A stretch of DNA of 64,000 nucleotides from Acidimicrobiales bacterium (GCA_038255915.1 JBBSKY010000003.1:10577-74576), one strand, 5' to 3'. Counted from the stretch's first letter, positions 41,331 to 50,177 are shown. The notes: generated by a model from the letters alone, not told the origin. Translations and numbers: made by a program.

Positions 41331-41759
41331 TCAGCCTGCTCCCAGCACCCGCTCCCGGGTGGGCACCCGCCGGAGGATGTAGAGCGTCCCAGCCAGGCCC
41401 AGGGCCACGATCACGGCGACGATCGGCCACCGCTCACGCAGGGCCAGCCCGCTGACCACGATGGCGGCCCACATCATGGACAGGGCGATCACCTTGGCCC
41501 GCCGGGGCATGCCCAGCCCTGCCCGGTGGTCGGCCACCAGGGGCCCGATGCCGGGAAGGCCGAGAACCCATGCCTCGAAGCGGGGACTGGACCGGGCGAA
41601 GCAGGAGGCGGCGATGATGAAGAAGACGGTGGTGGGCAGACCCGGCACCACGATGCCGATGCTGCCGAGGGCCACGGCGACCATCCCGGCCACCAGCCAC
41701 ACCACCCGCGACACCCCGCTGCGCACCACCGGGGCGGGCGGCGGGGTCGGCCGGCTCAT
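41331..41759 (-). CDS. YbaN/DUF454-family inner membrane protein
   Basis: ATG at 41759 overlaps the upstream stop (ATGA). GIVVPGLPTTVFFIIAASCFARSSPRFEAWV is the family signature. Confidence 0.8.
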   Translation of the reverse strand: MSRPTPPPAPVVRSGVSRVVWLVAGMVAVALGSIGIVVPGLPTTVFFIIAASCFARSSPRFEAWVLGLPGIGPLVADHRAGLGMPRRAKVIALSMMWAAIVVSGLALRERWPIVAVIVALGLAGTLYILRRVPTRERVLGAG

Positions 41760-42271
41760 CGCAGCAGGTGGAGGATGTCCTGCACCCACAGCACCGACAG
41801 CAGGCAGATGACGGAGAGGGCGATCGCCGAGACGGGCCACCGCCACTTGTGGTCGACGGCGAAGAAGCGGCGGATGGTGAACACGTCGCAGACCATGGCG
41901 AACGAGCCGATGAGCAGGCCGAGCACCGGCCCCACCCCGGTGGCCAGGCCGACGGCCGGGGCGACGAAGGGCAGGACGACGTAGGTGAGGGTGCACCGGA
42001 CGGCCGAGATCAGCATCGACCGCTGGAACGAGCCGTAGGCCGACCCCGTCGTCATCCCCACGGGGCGCTCGCGGATGCGCAGCACCCTGCGCACCACCAG
42101 ATCGGCCCTGGAGCGCCGCACGACGACCGGCTGATGGGCGACGGGGCAGCCGCTGGGCGGCGCGGCGGCGGGCGCCGGGCCGTGCTTCATCGGGCAGCGC
42201 CCTGCGGTCGCCTCGGTGGTCACCGCGGAGGCCGGCGCCGTGAGCGCATCCTCCGTCGGGGCCGGTTGCAT
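41756..42271 (-). CDS. Membrane protein with N-terminal tandem CP..H motifs
   Basis: ATG at 42271 (MQPAPTEDAL). GRCPMKHG and SGCPVAHQ are followed by 3-4 hydrophobic spans. Confidence 0.6.
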   Translation of the reverse strand: MQPAPTEDALTAPASAVTTEATAGRCPMKHGPAPAAAPPSGCPVAHQPVVVRRSRADLVVRRVLRIRERPVGMTTGSAYGSFQRSMLISAVRCTLTYVVLPFVAPAVGLATGVGPVLGLLIGSFAMVCDVFTIRRFFAVDHKWRWPVSAIALSVICLLSVLWVQDILHLLR

Positions 42272-42313
42272 CGCAGGCAGCCTACGACCTCCAGACCCCG
42301 AACCCCCCTCCGC

Positions 42314-42361
42314 TTCTGCCGGGAGTAGGTGTCGCCTGACGCACCCCTTGTCCCGGCAGAA
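42314..42361 (-). repeat. 48-nt imperfect palindromic element, copy 2
   Basis: Plus strand reads ttctgccgggagtaggtgtcgcctgacgcaccccttgtcccggcagaa. Its reverse complement aligns with copy 1 at 40 of 48 positions by my count. Confidence 0.7.
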
Positions 42362-42374
42362 CGGGAGGGGTGGG

Positions 42375-43331
42375 CTAGCTGCAGGCCTCCTTGAGGTCGA
42401 GGCCCGCCGGGGTGCCCACCGACCACTCGGTGATGGCACCCTGGCTGACGGTGAACAGGTAGCCGGCGCCGCCCGTGGTCACCGTGACGTTGGTCCCGGC
42501 CCCGTAGGGCTCGGGCTGCTCGGACCGGGTGCCGGGGACGCTGGCGATCATCGACGAGGGCGAACCGACGCTGATCCCCTGTGGGGTGCTGAGGCGGCTC
42601 GACGCCGTCACGTAGAAGCGGACGAGCTTGTTGTCCACGAACAGGCCGGTGAAGTCGCCGCTCCGGTAGCTCCCCGCGGGCGGCGCCGTCCCGCAGCTGC
42701 CGGGTGAGGTGGGATCGGCGTCGCGGTAGCGGCCCATGGCCCCGGTGGCGGCCGCCTGCTGGGGGCTCATCCCCAGGCGCAGCGGCCCGACACCGGCGGG
42801 CGACAGGGTGAGGCTGCCCGACCGGGTCGTGGTGGTCGAGCGGGGAACGGTGGTCGGCGACACCGACGGCTTGCTCGTACCCGGCGCCACCGGGACCGTG
42901 GACGCAGTGGGCGCTGTCGAGGGCACCGAGGTCGGCTCCGGGGGTGCCACCGAGGTCGTGGGAGTGGTCGTCTCGACGGGGGCGACCGGGGCGGCCGGCG
43001 TTGTCTCGAGCTTGGTGTCGTCGCTCCGGGTGATGGACGCGATGCCCGCCACGACGAGCAGGGCGGCGGCGGCCGCCAGCAGCCAGCGACCCCGCCCCCA
43101 TCTGGCGAGCGGTACCACCTCGGCCAGCGGCGGCTCAGCCGGCGGCTCCGGCGGCAGCGCGGCCGGCGGCGGAGGTGGGGGGGTCTCGGTGACCTCCTCG
43201 GCGGCGAGGCGGGCATCGAGCATGGCCCAGAAGCCGTAGCCGTGGGCGGGCGGCGCCATCGTCCGAAGGGCGCTGGTGATCTCGGGGTCGGCCTCGTCCG
43301 GTTCGTTCGCCGGGTTCCAGGGATCTGTCAT
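42375..43331 (-). CDS. Putative anti-sigma factor / single-pass membrane protein co-transcribed with the ECF sigma
   Basis: ATG at 43331 overlaps the sigma gene stop (ATGA). It has a TM span WLLAAAAALLVVAGIASI, a Pro/Thr-rich linker and an extracytoplasmic C-terminal domain. There is no zf-HC2 motif, so the role is inferred from position only. Confidence 0.5.
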   Translation of the reverse strand: MTDPWNPANEPDEADPEITSALRTMAPPAHGYGFWAMLDARLAAEEVTETPPPPPPAALPPEPPAEPPLAEVVPLARWGRGRWLLAAAAALLVVAGIASITRSDDTKLETTPAAPVAPVETTTPTTSVAPPEPTSVPSTAPTASTVPVAPGTSKPSVSPTTVPRSTTTTRSGSLTLSPAGVGPLRLGMSPQQAAATGAMGRYRDADPTSPGSCGTAPPAGSYRSGDFTGLFVDNKLVRFYVTASSRLSTPQGISVGSPSSMIASVPGTRSEQPEPYGAGTNVTVTTGGAGYLFTVSQGAITEWSVGTPAGLDLKEACS

Positions 43332-43879
43332 CGGGTCTCCTCCCCGCGGGCGGCCCGCAACGTGGCCCGGGCCCGGGACAGGCGCGAGGCGATGGTGCCG
43401 ACGGCCACGCCGAGGATCTCGGCGGCAGCCTGGTTGTCGAAGCCCTCGCCGTCGACCAGCACCACGGCGGCCCGCTGGTCGGCGGGCAGGGTGGCCAGCA
43501 GGCGGCTCAGCCAGTCCGAGGCGACGACGCTGCCCTCGGGCCCGCTGCCGTTGACAGCCGGTTGCTGGCCGGTATCGGTCCAGTCGTAGAGGACGGTCGG
43601 CTTGGTGCGGCGCAGCTCGTCCATGCACGCGTTGTAGGTGATGCGGTACAGCCAGGTCCCGAAGTCGGCGTCCTCGCGGAAGCCGCCGAGCGACCGCCAC
43701 GCCTTCACGTACGCCTCTTGCAGGGCGTCGTCCATGCGGTCCCGGTCACCGAGCAGCTTCCACGCCAGGACCCGCATGCGCTCGTCGTGCTGGCGCAGGA
43801 GCAGGCTGAAGGCGTGCTGGTCGCCGCCGCGCGCCTTCCCGAGGGTCTCCACCTTCGACGGCGCCGTCGCCACAGCCAT
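43328..43879 (-). CDS. ECF-type RNA polymerase sigma factor
   Basis: 183 aa. Region 2 is DDALQEAYVKAWRSL...TWLYRITYNACMDELRR. Region 4 is LPADQRAAVVLVDGEGFDNQAAAEILGVAVGTIASRLSRAR. Confidence 0.9.
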   Translation of the reverse strand: MAVATAPSKVETLGKARGGDQHAFSLLLRQHDERMRVLAWKLLGDRDRMDDALQEAYVKAWRSLGGFREDADFGTWLYRITYNACMDELRRTKPTVLYDWTDTGQQPAVNGSGPEGSVVASDWLSRLLATLPADQRAAVVLVDGEGFDNQAAAEILGVAVGTIASRLSRARATLRAARGEETR

Positions 43880-44555
43880 CAGTCAACCTGATCTCGGCGG
43901 GAGGAGGCTGACACACCTGTTATGACGGGCCCGGCAGCCAGAACCTTCCCTGATTCCGGGACATTCTTCTCGGGTCGCTGTCGGCGCCGGGCCGGCGAGC
44001 AGCTGCCCCGCGGCCCATCCGGCCTGCCGACGGGTGAGGGAGACCTGGAGGTCGTCCGCTGGGCCCGGTTCTGGTCGCGAACCCGGAGGGCTGGCAGGAG
44101 AGCCGAGCCCCCGGGCTTCGTCCCCTCCGTCGACGTCGGCTGGCTGATTCCCTTCGTTGGCCGCCCGGCGTCGATGACAGCCCGCTTTGGCCGTGGGGAT
44201 GGACATACGTACTCGTCGGTGCTCGAGGCCCGACCCACGATCCGGTACTGAACCGGTGACGGTGCCCGGAATGAAGGCCCTTACGGACATAGAGGGCCTC
44301 GATGCCTCGGCCTCGGATGGCATGATCCGTTGCCTCATCGTCGTCTTGCTCATCCGCGAGATGGCGACTCCTAACTAATGCTCTTGACGCGGCGAACGAG
44401 GAGGAATAGACTCGAACATGTGTTCGTATCAACCGATGACCTTTCGACAGTGGACGACGATGAGCTGTCGGCACTGCTGCGTGCGATATCGGTGGAGGTA
44501 GACCGGGCCGAGGCCCGAGCTCGGCGAGGAGGATCTTCCCCGACGCTTCGAGCAG

Positions 44556-45140
44556 TTGTGGGCCAAGCAGCTCAGCGCCGACAGGTTCGAGATCTGCTGC
44601 ATCCCATTCTTCCTTTTCGACGTGGCCTTGGGCGATGTGGTCGAGACTTCCCCTCAAGGAGAGCGCAAGTACGTGCTCCATCGAGTGGTGGAGTCGTCCG
44701 GTCGCTACGTGTTCCGGGTGTGGTTCGGCGAGTCGTTCCACCCTCGTGACGAGGTGGCCGAGCAGCTCGGCGACCTCGGGGCGTTGCTCGAGTGGTCGTC
44801 GGTGAATCTCCTCGCGATCGACGCGGCCGATGAGGCACGCGCCCAGGAGGTGGCTGACTTCCTTTACAACCGGGAGCAGCTCGGTCAGCTTCTCTACGAG
44901 ACCGGCAAGTCGGCAAGAGTTGTGGCGGTTCAGCGATCCTCGCGACGACTGGTACACGCGTGCCGGTTGGCGCGGGGCTCAGACCGACGGCAGCGCGGGG
45001 ACGTTGCTCCGCAGCAGCGTCACGTCAGGGTCGGCCGCAGCCGTCGCTCATCGCGTGAATTTCATCAGGCCAGCGGCCTGGGCCGAGGAAGCTCCGACGG
45101 AGTTGCGTGGCGGGCCGCTACCCGGCGCAGCGGTGGGTGA
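44556..45140 (+). CDS. DUF4265-like protein, possibly a decaying gene (N-terminally truncated, Arg-rich read-through tail)
   Basis: EQLWAKQLSADRFEICCIPFFLFDVALGDVVE...SGRYVFRVWF...LLAIDA...LLYETG fits my memory of DUF4265. The only possible start is TTG, an in-frame TAG lies 55 nt upstream, and the last ~55 aa are Arg-rich and overlap the convergent gene. Confidence 0.5.
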   Translation: MWAKQLSADRFEICCIPFFLFDVALGDVVETSPQGERKYVLHRVVESSGRYVFRVWFGESFHPRDEVAEQLGDLGALLEWSSVNLLAIDAADEARAQEVADFLYNREQLGQLLYETGKSARVVAVQRSSRRLVHACRLARGSDRRQRGDVAPQQRHVRVGRSRRSSREFHQASGLGRGSSDGVAWRAATRRSGG

Positions 45141-45348
45141 CGATGGGCAGGAACAGGCCCTGGGCCAGCAGCTCCACGGTGCCGTCGCCGGCTACCTGCA
45201 CCGACAGGGGTGGGGTGTCGGGGGGTCCCGCCGCCTTGCGGCGCTGGGAGCGCTCCTCGAAGGGCTGGCCGCACCTCGGGCAGGTGGCTCGGGCGGTGAC
45301 GTGGAACCAGGTCCCCTCCTCCTGCACGTCCCAGGATGGATCGGTCAC
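45118..45348 (-). CDS. Small Cys-containing hypothetical protein
   Basis: 76 aa. GTG is preceded by AGGAGG at a 5-nt spacing. Contains CPRCG ... HRC. Confidence 0.55.
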   Translation of the reverse strand: MTDPSWDVQEEGTWFHVTARATCPRCGQPFEERSQRRKAAGPPDTPPLSVQVAGDGTVELLAQGLFLPIVTHRCAG

Positions 45349-45405
45349 ACGGGCCTCCTAGGTCGAGGGGGTCAGGTCGAGGCGGCAGGCTAGCGAAGGA
45401 CCCTC

Positions 45406-46680
45406 TCAGGACACGTGGTGGCGGACGGCGCGGCGCAGGGCGGCCTCGAGGTCGACGCCGCCGGCGGCCAGGCGGCGGACGGCCTCGAGCAGCTGCTCGC
45501 CGGCCTCCTCCTCGGTGGCCGTCGCCTTGGGGCCCAGCTCGCCGGCCCGGCGCAGGACCTTGGCCGCCAGCTGCAGGGCCGGCAGCCCCGGAGGGATCCC
45601 GTCGAGCGGGCCCTTCCGCTCGGGGCGCTCGATGGCCTTCTGGGCATCCCACCTGCGCACCACCTCGTCGGCGTCGGCCACCTCGAGGCCGGCGAAGACG
45701 TGGGGGTGGCGGCGCACCAGCTTGGCGTCGACGCCCGCCGCCACCTCGGCCAGGGTGAACCAGCCGGCCTGCTCGGCGATGGCGGCGTGCAGGACGACCT
45801 GGAACAGCAGGTCGCCCAGCTCGTCGCACAGGGCGTCGACCTCGGCGTCACCGGGGTCGGCGCCGAGGGCGTCGATGGCCTCGACCACCTCGTGGGCCTC
45901 CTCGACGGCGTAGCGGGTGAGACTCTGGTGGGTCTGCTCGCGGTCCCAGGGGCAGCGCTCTCGGAGGGCCCGCACGGTGGCGGTGAGGCGCTGGACCTCG
46001 GCGCCGACGGGGGCGGCCAGACGGGGTATCCACAGGGTGGTGAGGTGGTCGGCGTCGACCTCGCGATCCAGGTCGGCCCAGGCCACCTCGGCCACGCGCT
46101 CGTCGGCCAGCCCGAGGCGCTGCAGGACGGTGACCATCGGCCCGTCGCCCTCCTCCAGCGCCAGCTTCACCTCGGAGAGGGTGAAGGTCGAGTCGGTCTG
46201 GGCCACCAGCAGCGGACCCCGCTCGCCGGCCGCCTCGATGGCGAAGCGGTGGCCGTCGACCAGCCGCACCCCGGCGGCCACCGGGTCGACCCCGAGGCGG
46301 GCCCAGGCCAGGTCGAGGAAGCTGAGGGCCGGCACCACCTCCAGGGTCACCTCGCCGGCGGCGGCCCGCTCCCGCAGCAGCTCGACGGTGCGTTCGGCCA
46401 CCAGCGGCGAGCCGGGCACCCCGTACACCACCCGCCCATGGGTGGCGGCGCCGGCCATCAGGTCGGCCACGATGCTCTCGTAGACCTCGTCCATCGTCAC
46501 CGCCGACTCGTAGCGGTGGTCGAACGTGCCCGCCGCCTCGACCGCGGCGGCGGCGGGGTGGCGGGCCGTGCGCAGCCACCGGGCCTCGGGGGCGACGGCG
46601 GCGAAGGAGGCCAGCGCCGCCGGGGCGAGCAGGTCGGGCCCCGCCGGTCCCAGCCCGACCACCACCACCGTCCCGCTCAT
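45406..46680 (-). CDS. mazG: Tetrapyrrole-methylase-like domain fused to MazG nucleoside triphosphate pyrophosphohydrolase (YabN-like architecture)
   Basis: ATG at 46680 overlaps the mfd stop (ATGA). N-terminus is VVVVGLGPAGPDLL...GVPGSPLVAE. The MazG core is CPWDREQTHQSL..Y..EEAHEVVEAI...ELGDLLFQVV. Confidence 0.88.
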   Translation of the reverse strand: MSGTVVVVGLGPAGPDLLAPAALASFAAVAPEARWLRTARHPAAAAVEAAGTFDHRYESAVTMDEVYESIVADLMAGAATHGRVVYGVPGSPLVAERTVELLRERAAAGEVTLEVVPALSFLDLAWARLGVDPVAAGVRLVDGHRFAIEAAGERGPLLVAQTDSTFTLSEVKLALEEGDGPMVTVLQRLGLADERVAEVAWADLDREVDADHLTTLWIPRLAAPVGAEVQRLTATVRALRERCPWDREQTHQSLTRYAVEEAHEVVEAIDALGADPGDAEVDALCDELGDLLFQVVLHAAIAEQAGWFTLAEVAAGVDAKLVRRHPHVFAGLEVADADEVVRRWDAQKAIERPERKGPLDGIPPGLPALQLAAKVLRRAGELGPKATATEEEAGEQLLEAVRRLAAGGVDLEAALRRAVRHHVS

Positions 46681-49600
46681 GAGGGAACGGGAACGGCGAC
46701 CTCGACGGGCACCAGGGTGCGCAGCAGGTCGAGGATCCAGGTGACCAGCTCCAGGCCCTCCACCTTCTTCGGGATGGGAACGACCATCTGGCCGGTCTCC
46801 TCCTTCCACACCGCCTTGGGGTGGAGGCGGCGCAGGCGCAGCTGCTGGCTGGTGCGCAGCTGGATGGGTGTGATGCGCACCGTCGGGCCGACGATCCCGC
46901 CGGCCGCGCCCCGGGCCACCACCACCTCGCGCACCCCGGTGCGGAAGCAGTCGCCCCGCAGGCGGCCCACCGCGATCAGGCCCTCGGCGGCGGCCGGCAG
47001 CGGCCCGAACCGGTCCTCCCACTCGCTGCGGATGTCGTCGACCTCGGCGTCTGTGGTGATTCCGGCCAGGCGCCGGTAGGCCTCGAGGCGGACGTCGTCG
47101 CGGGCCACGTAATCGGTGGGGAGGTTGGCATCGACCGGAACCTCAAGCTTCACCTCGGCCGGCACCTTGGGCACCTCGCCCTTCAGCTCGGCCACGGCCT
47201 CGCTCACCATCTGCACGTACAGGTCGTAGCCCACCGCGGCGATGTGGCCGCTCTGGCTGCCGCCCAGCAGGTTGCCCGCCCCCCGGATCTCCAGGTCGCG
47301 CATGGCGATCTTGAAGCCGCTACCCAGCTCGGTGTGCTCGCCGATGGTCTTGAGCCGCTCGTAGGCCTCCTCGGTGAGCACCTTGTCGCGGGGGTGGAAC
47401 AGGTAGGCGTAGGCCCGCTGGCCCGACCGCCCGACCCGGCCCCGGATCTGGTGCAGCTGGCCCAGGCCGAGGAGGTCGGCTCGGTCGACGACCAGGGTGT
47501 TCACCGTCGGCATGTCGATGCCCGACTCGATGATCGTGGTGCACACGAGCACGTCGGCCTTGCCCTCGGAGAAGTCGAAGACGACCTGCTCCAGGCTGCC
47601 CTCGTCCATCTGGCCGTGGGCCACCAGGATCCGGGCCTCGGGCACCAGCTCGCGCAGCGACACCGCCACCCGCTGGATGTCCTGCACCCGGTTGTGCACG
47701 AAGAACACCTGGCCCTCGCGCAGCAGCTCGCGCCGGATGGCCTCGGCCACGGCCCGGGCGTCGGTCTCGCCCACGTAGGTGAGGATCGGCTTGCGTTCGG
47801 CCGGCGGGGTGTTCAGCAGGGTGAGGTCGCGGATCCCGGTGAGGCTCATCTCCAGGGTGCGGGGGATGGGCGTGGCCGACAGGGTGAGCACGTCGACGTT
47901 GGCCCGCAGCTGCTTGATCTGCTCCTTGGAGGTGACCCCGAAGCGCTGCTCCTCGTCGATCACCAGCAGGCCCAGGTCCTTGAACTCCACCTCCTTGGCC
48001 AGCAGCTTGTGGGTGCCGATCACGATGTCGACCTGGCCAGCGGCCACGGCCTGCTGCACCTTGCGGGCCTGGGCCGCGGTGAGGAAGCGGGAAAACACCT
48101 CCACCCGCACCGGGAACCCGGCGAAGCGGTCGGAGAACGTGGCGTGGTGCTGGTTGGCCAGGAGCGTGGTGGGCACCAGGATGCACACCTGCTTGCCGTC
48201 CTGCACCGCCTTCATGGCCGCCCGGATGGCCACCTCGGTCTTGCCGAAGCCCACGTCGCCGCAGACCAGCCGGTCCATGGGCCGGGGCTCCTCCATGTCG
48301 GCCTTCACCTCGGTGATGGCCTTCAGCTGGTCAGCCGTCTCGGTGAAGGGGAAGGCGTCCTCCAGCTCGTGCTGCCAGGGGGTGTCGGGGCCGAAGGCGA
48401 AGCCGGGGCTCTGCAGCCGGCGCTGGTAGAGCACCACCAGCTCCTGGGCGATCTCCCTGGCGGCCGAGCGGACCCGGGCCTTGGTCTTGGACCAGTCGGT
48501 GCCGCCCATCCGGTTCAGCGAGGGCTGCTCGCCGCCCGAGTAGGGGCGCACCAGGTCGATCTGATCGGACGGCAGGTGGAGGCTGCCGTCGCGGTACTCG
48601 ATGAGGAGGTAGTCGCGCTCCGGCCCGCCCATGAGGGCCCGGCGCACCATGCCCTTGTACCGGCCGACGCCGTGGTGGTGGTGCACGACGTGGTCGCCGG
48701 GCTCGAGGGCGTCGAAGAAGCCCTCGGTGGCCCGGGGCCGGGGGCGGGCCTTGCGGTGGGCCCGCTTGCGGCCGGTGAGGTCGGGTTCGGCCAGGATGGC
48801 CAGCTTGAGGTCGGCCAGCACCACCCCCCGGTCGAGCGGCTCGACCACCACGCTGACGCCGGGGACGTCGAGGGCAGGGTCGTCGGGCCGGCGCAGCGGG
48901 GCGATGATCCCGGCGTCGGCCAGGCTGCGGGCCAGGCGGGCCGCGCTCCCGGCGCCGTCGGCGGCCACCACGATGCGGTAGCGGTCGGCCAGCAGGCGCT
49001 GCACGTGCCGGGTGACGGCGTCGGGATCGCCGGCCACCGGCTCCCACGCGGTGGCGTGGAAGGCGGTCACCTCGGCGGCGCCGGGGGTGGGCACCGACGT
49101 GATGGTCCACGCCGGCGCCGTGGTGTGGGCCAGCAGCCGCTCGAACGACAGGTGGAGCCGGGGCAGGTCGCCGCCGGGCACCCCCCACGTGGTGGCCAGC
49201 GACGCGGCCAGCGCCTGCTCCTCGTCGAGGACCTCGGCCGCCCGGTCGCGCAGGCGCCCGGGCTCGAACAGCAGCACCAGGCTGTCGTGGGGCAGCAGGT
49301 CGGGCAGCACGTGCTGGGCCACCCCGGAGCCGGGGGGTTGGGTGAGCCACGGCAGCCACGACTCCATGCCCTCGAACAGCAGGCCTTCCGACAGCCGCTC
49401 CCACTGCTCGCGGCCCCAGGGCTCGGCGGCGATCAGCTCCTTGGCCCGGGCCCGCACCTCCTCGGTGGGCACCAGCTCTCGGGCCCCGAAGATGCAGGCC
49501 TCGGCCAGGTCGTCCTTCGAGCGTTGGTCGGCCACGTCGAAGCCGGTGAGCCGCTCGACCTCGTCGCCCCACAGGTCGATGCGCACGGGCCCGTCGCCGG

Positions 49601-50147
49601 TGGAGGGGTAGACATCGACGATCGAGCCCCGCACCGCCACCTCGCCCCGGTGCTCGACCTGGTGCTCGCGCCGGTAGCCCATGCGCACCAGGCGGCCCAG
49701 GAGCTCATCGAGGTCGACCCGCTCGCCGGGTCTGACCAGGATCGGCTCTGCGTCCTCGACGTGGGGACCGAGGCGCTGCACCAGGGCCCGCACCGCCGCC
49801 ACCAGCACCTTCGGCGGGTCGTGGCGCAGCCTCCACACCGCCTCGAGCCGCCGGCCCATGGTGTCGACGGCGGGGCTGACCCGCTCGAAGGGCAGGGTCT
49901 CCCAGGCCGGGAACGTGGCCACCGCCTGGCGCCCGAGGTAGGCGGCCACGTCGTGGGCCAGGTGCTCGGCGTCGGCCTGGGTCGGGGTGACGGCCACCAC
50001 CGGGCGGCCGTGGCCCAGGTTGGCCAGCGCCGCCACCACGTACGGCCGGGCCACATCGGGCACCGACAGCACGGCGGACCGCGCCCCACCAGGCGGCAGG
50101 AGGGGTGCCAGGACGCGCCCCGACGAGAGCAGCCGGTCGAGCGCCAC
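46677..50147 (-). CDS. mfd: Transcription-repair coupling factor
   Basis: 1156 aa. DRLVCGDVGFGKTEVA, LVIDEEQRFGV, HGQM, LHQIRGRVGRS. Confidence 0.97.
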   Translation of the reverse strand: MALDRLLSSGRVLAPLLPPGGARSAVLSVPDVARPYVVAALANLGHGRPVVAVTPTQADAEHLAHDVAAYLGRQAVATFPAWETLPFERVSPAVDTMGRRLEAVWRLRHDPPKVLVAAVRALVQRLGPHVEDAEPILVRPGERVDLDELLGRLVRMGYRREHQVEHRGEVAVRGSIVDVYPSTGDGPVRIDLWGDEVERLTGFDVADQRSKDDLAEACIFGARELVPTEEVRARAKELIAAEPWGREQWERLSEGLLFEGMESWLPWLTQPPGSGVAQHVLPDLLPHDSLVLLFEPGRLRDRAAEVLDEEQALAASLATTWGVPGGDLPRLHLSFERLLAHTTAPAWTITSVPTPGAAEVTAFHATAWEPVAGDPDAVTRHVQRLLADRYRIVVAADGAGSAARLARSLADAGIIAPLRRPDDPALDVPGVSVVVEPLDRGVVLADLKLAILAEPDLTGRKRAHRKARPRPRATEGFFDALEPGDHVVHHHHGVGRYKGMVRRALMGGPERDYLLIEYRDGSLHLPSDQIDLVRPYSGGEQPSLNRMGGTDWSKTKARVRSAAREIAQELVVLYQRRLQSPGFAFGPDTPWQHELEDAFPFTETADQLKAITEVKADMEEPRPMDRLVCGDVGFGKTEVAIRAAMKAVQDGKQVCILVPTTLLANQHHATFSDRFAGFPVRVEVFSRFLTAAQARKVQQAVAAGQVDIVIGTHKLLAKEVEFKDLGLLVIDEEQRFGVTSKEQIKQLRANVDVLTLSATPIPRTLEMSLTGIRDLTLLNTPPAERKPILTYVGETDARAVAEAIRRELLREGQVFFVHNRVQDIQRVAVSLRELVPEARILVAHGQMDEGSLEQVVFDFSEGKADVLVCTTIIESGIDMPTVNTLVVDRADLLGLGQLHQIRGRVGRSGQRAYAYLFHPRDKVLTEEAYERLKTIGEHTELGSGFKIAMRDLEIRGAGNLLGGSQSGHIAAVGYDLYVQMVSEAVAELKGEVPKVPAEVKLEVPVDANLPTDYVARDDVRLEAYRRLAGITTDAEVDDIRSEWEDRFGPLPAAAEGLIAVGRLRGDCFRTGVREVVVARGAAGGIVGPTVRITPIQLRTSQQLRLRRLHPKAVWKEETGQMVVPIPKKVEGLELVTWILDLLRTLVPVEVAVPVPS

Positions 50148-50177
50148 GAGGCCGGCGAGGCTACCGGGCGGTGATGT

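Noticed and set aside
43885-43945. Possible fourth, degenerate copy of the 48-nt palindrome upstream of the ECF sigma gene (atctcggcgggag ... cccggcagccagaa, with GTGTGTCAGC inside)
   Set aside because: The arms carry indels, and the core sits at the wrong distance from either arm in both orientations. This cannot be distinguished from chance. A GGAAGG-17 nt-GTCATA word pair here could be the sigma factor's own promoter, but that is also speculative.
43940-44240. Possible RNase P RNA or other structured RNA in the gene-poor islet (minus-strand words GGAGGGGACGAAGCCCGGGGGCTC and CAGAACCGGGCC)
   Set aside because: The similarity to the conserved GAGGAAAGUCCGGGCUC and ACAGAACCCGGC blocks is only loose. 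The two words are about 50 nt apart instead of about 300 nt. None of the other universally conserved segments were found.
44270-44377. 35-aa ORF MKALTDIEGLDASASDGMIRCLIVVLLIREMATPN (type I toxin-like hydrophobic tail)
   Set aside because: It has a weak RBS and no conservation evidence available, and it lies in decaying DNA. The evidence is insufficient.
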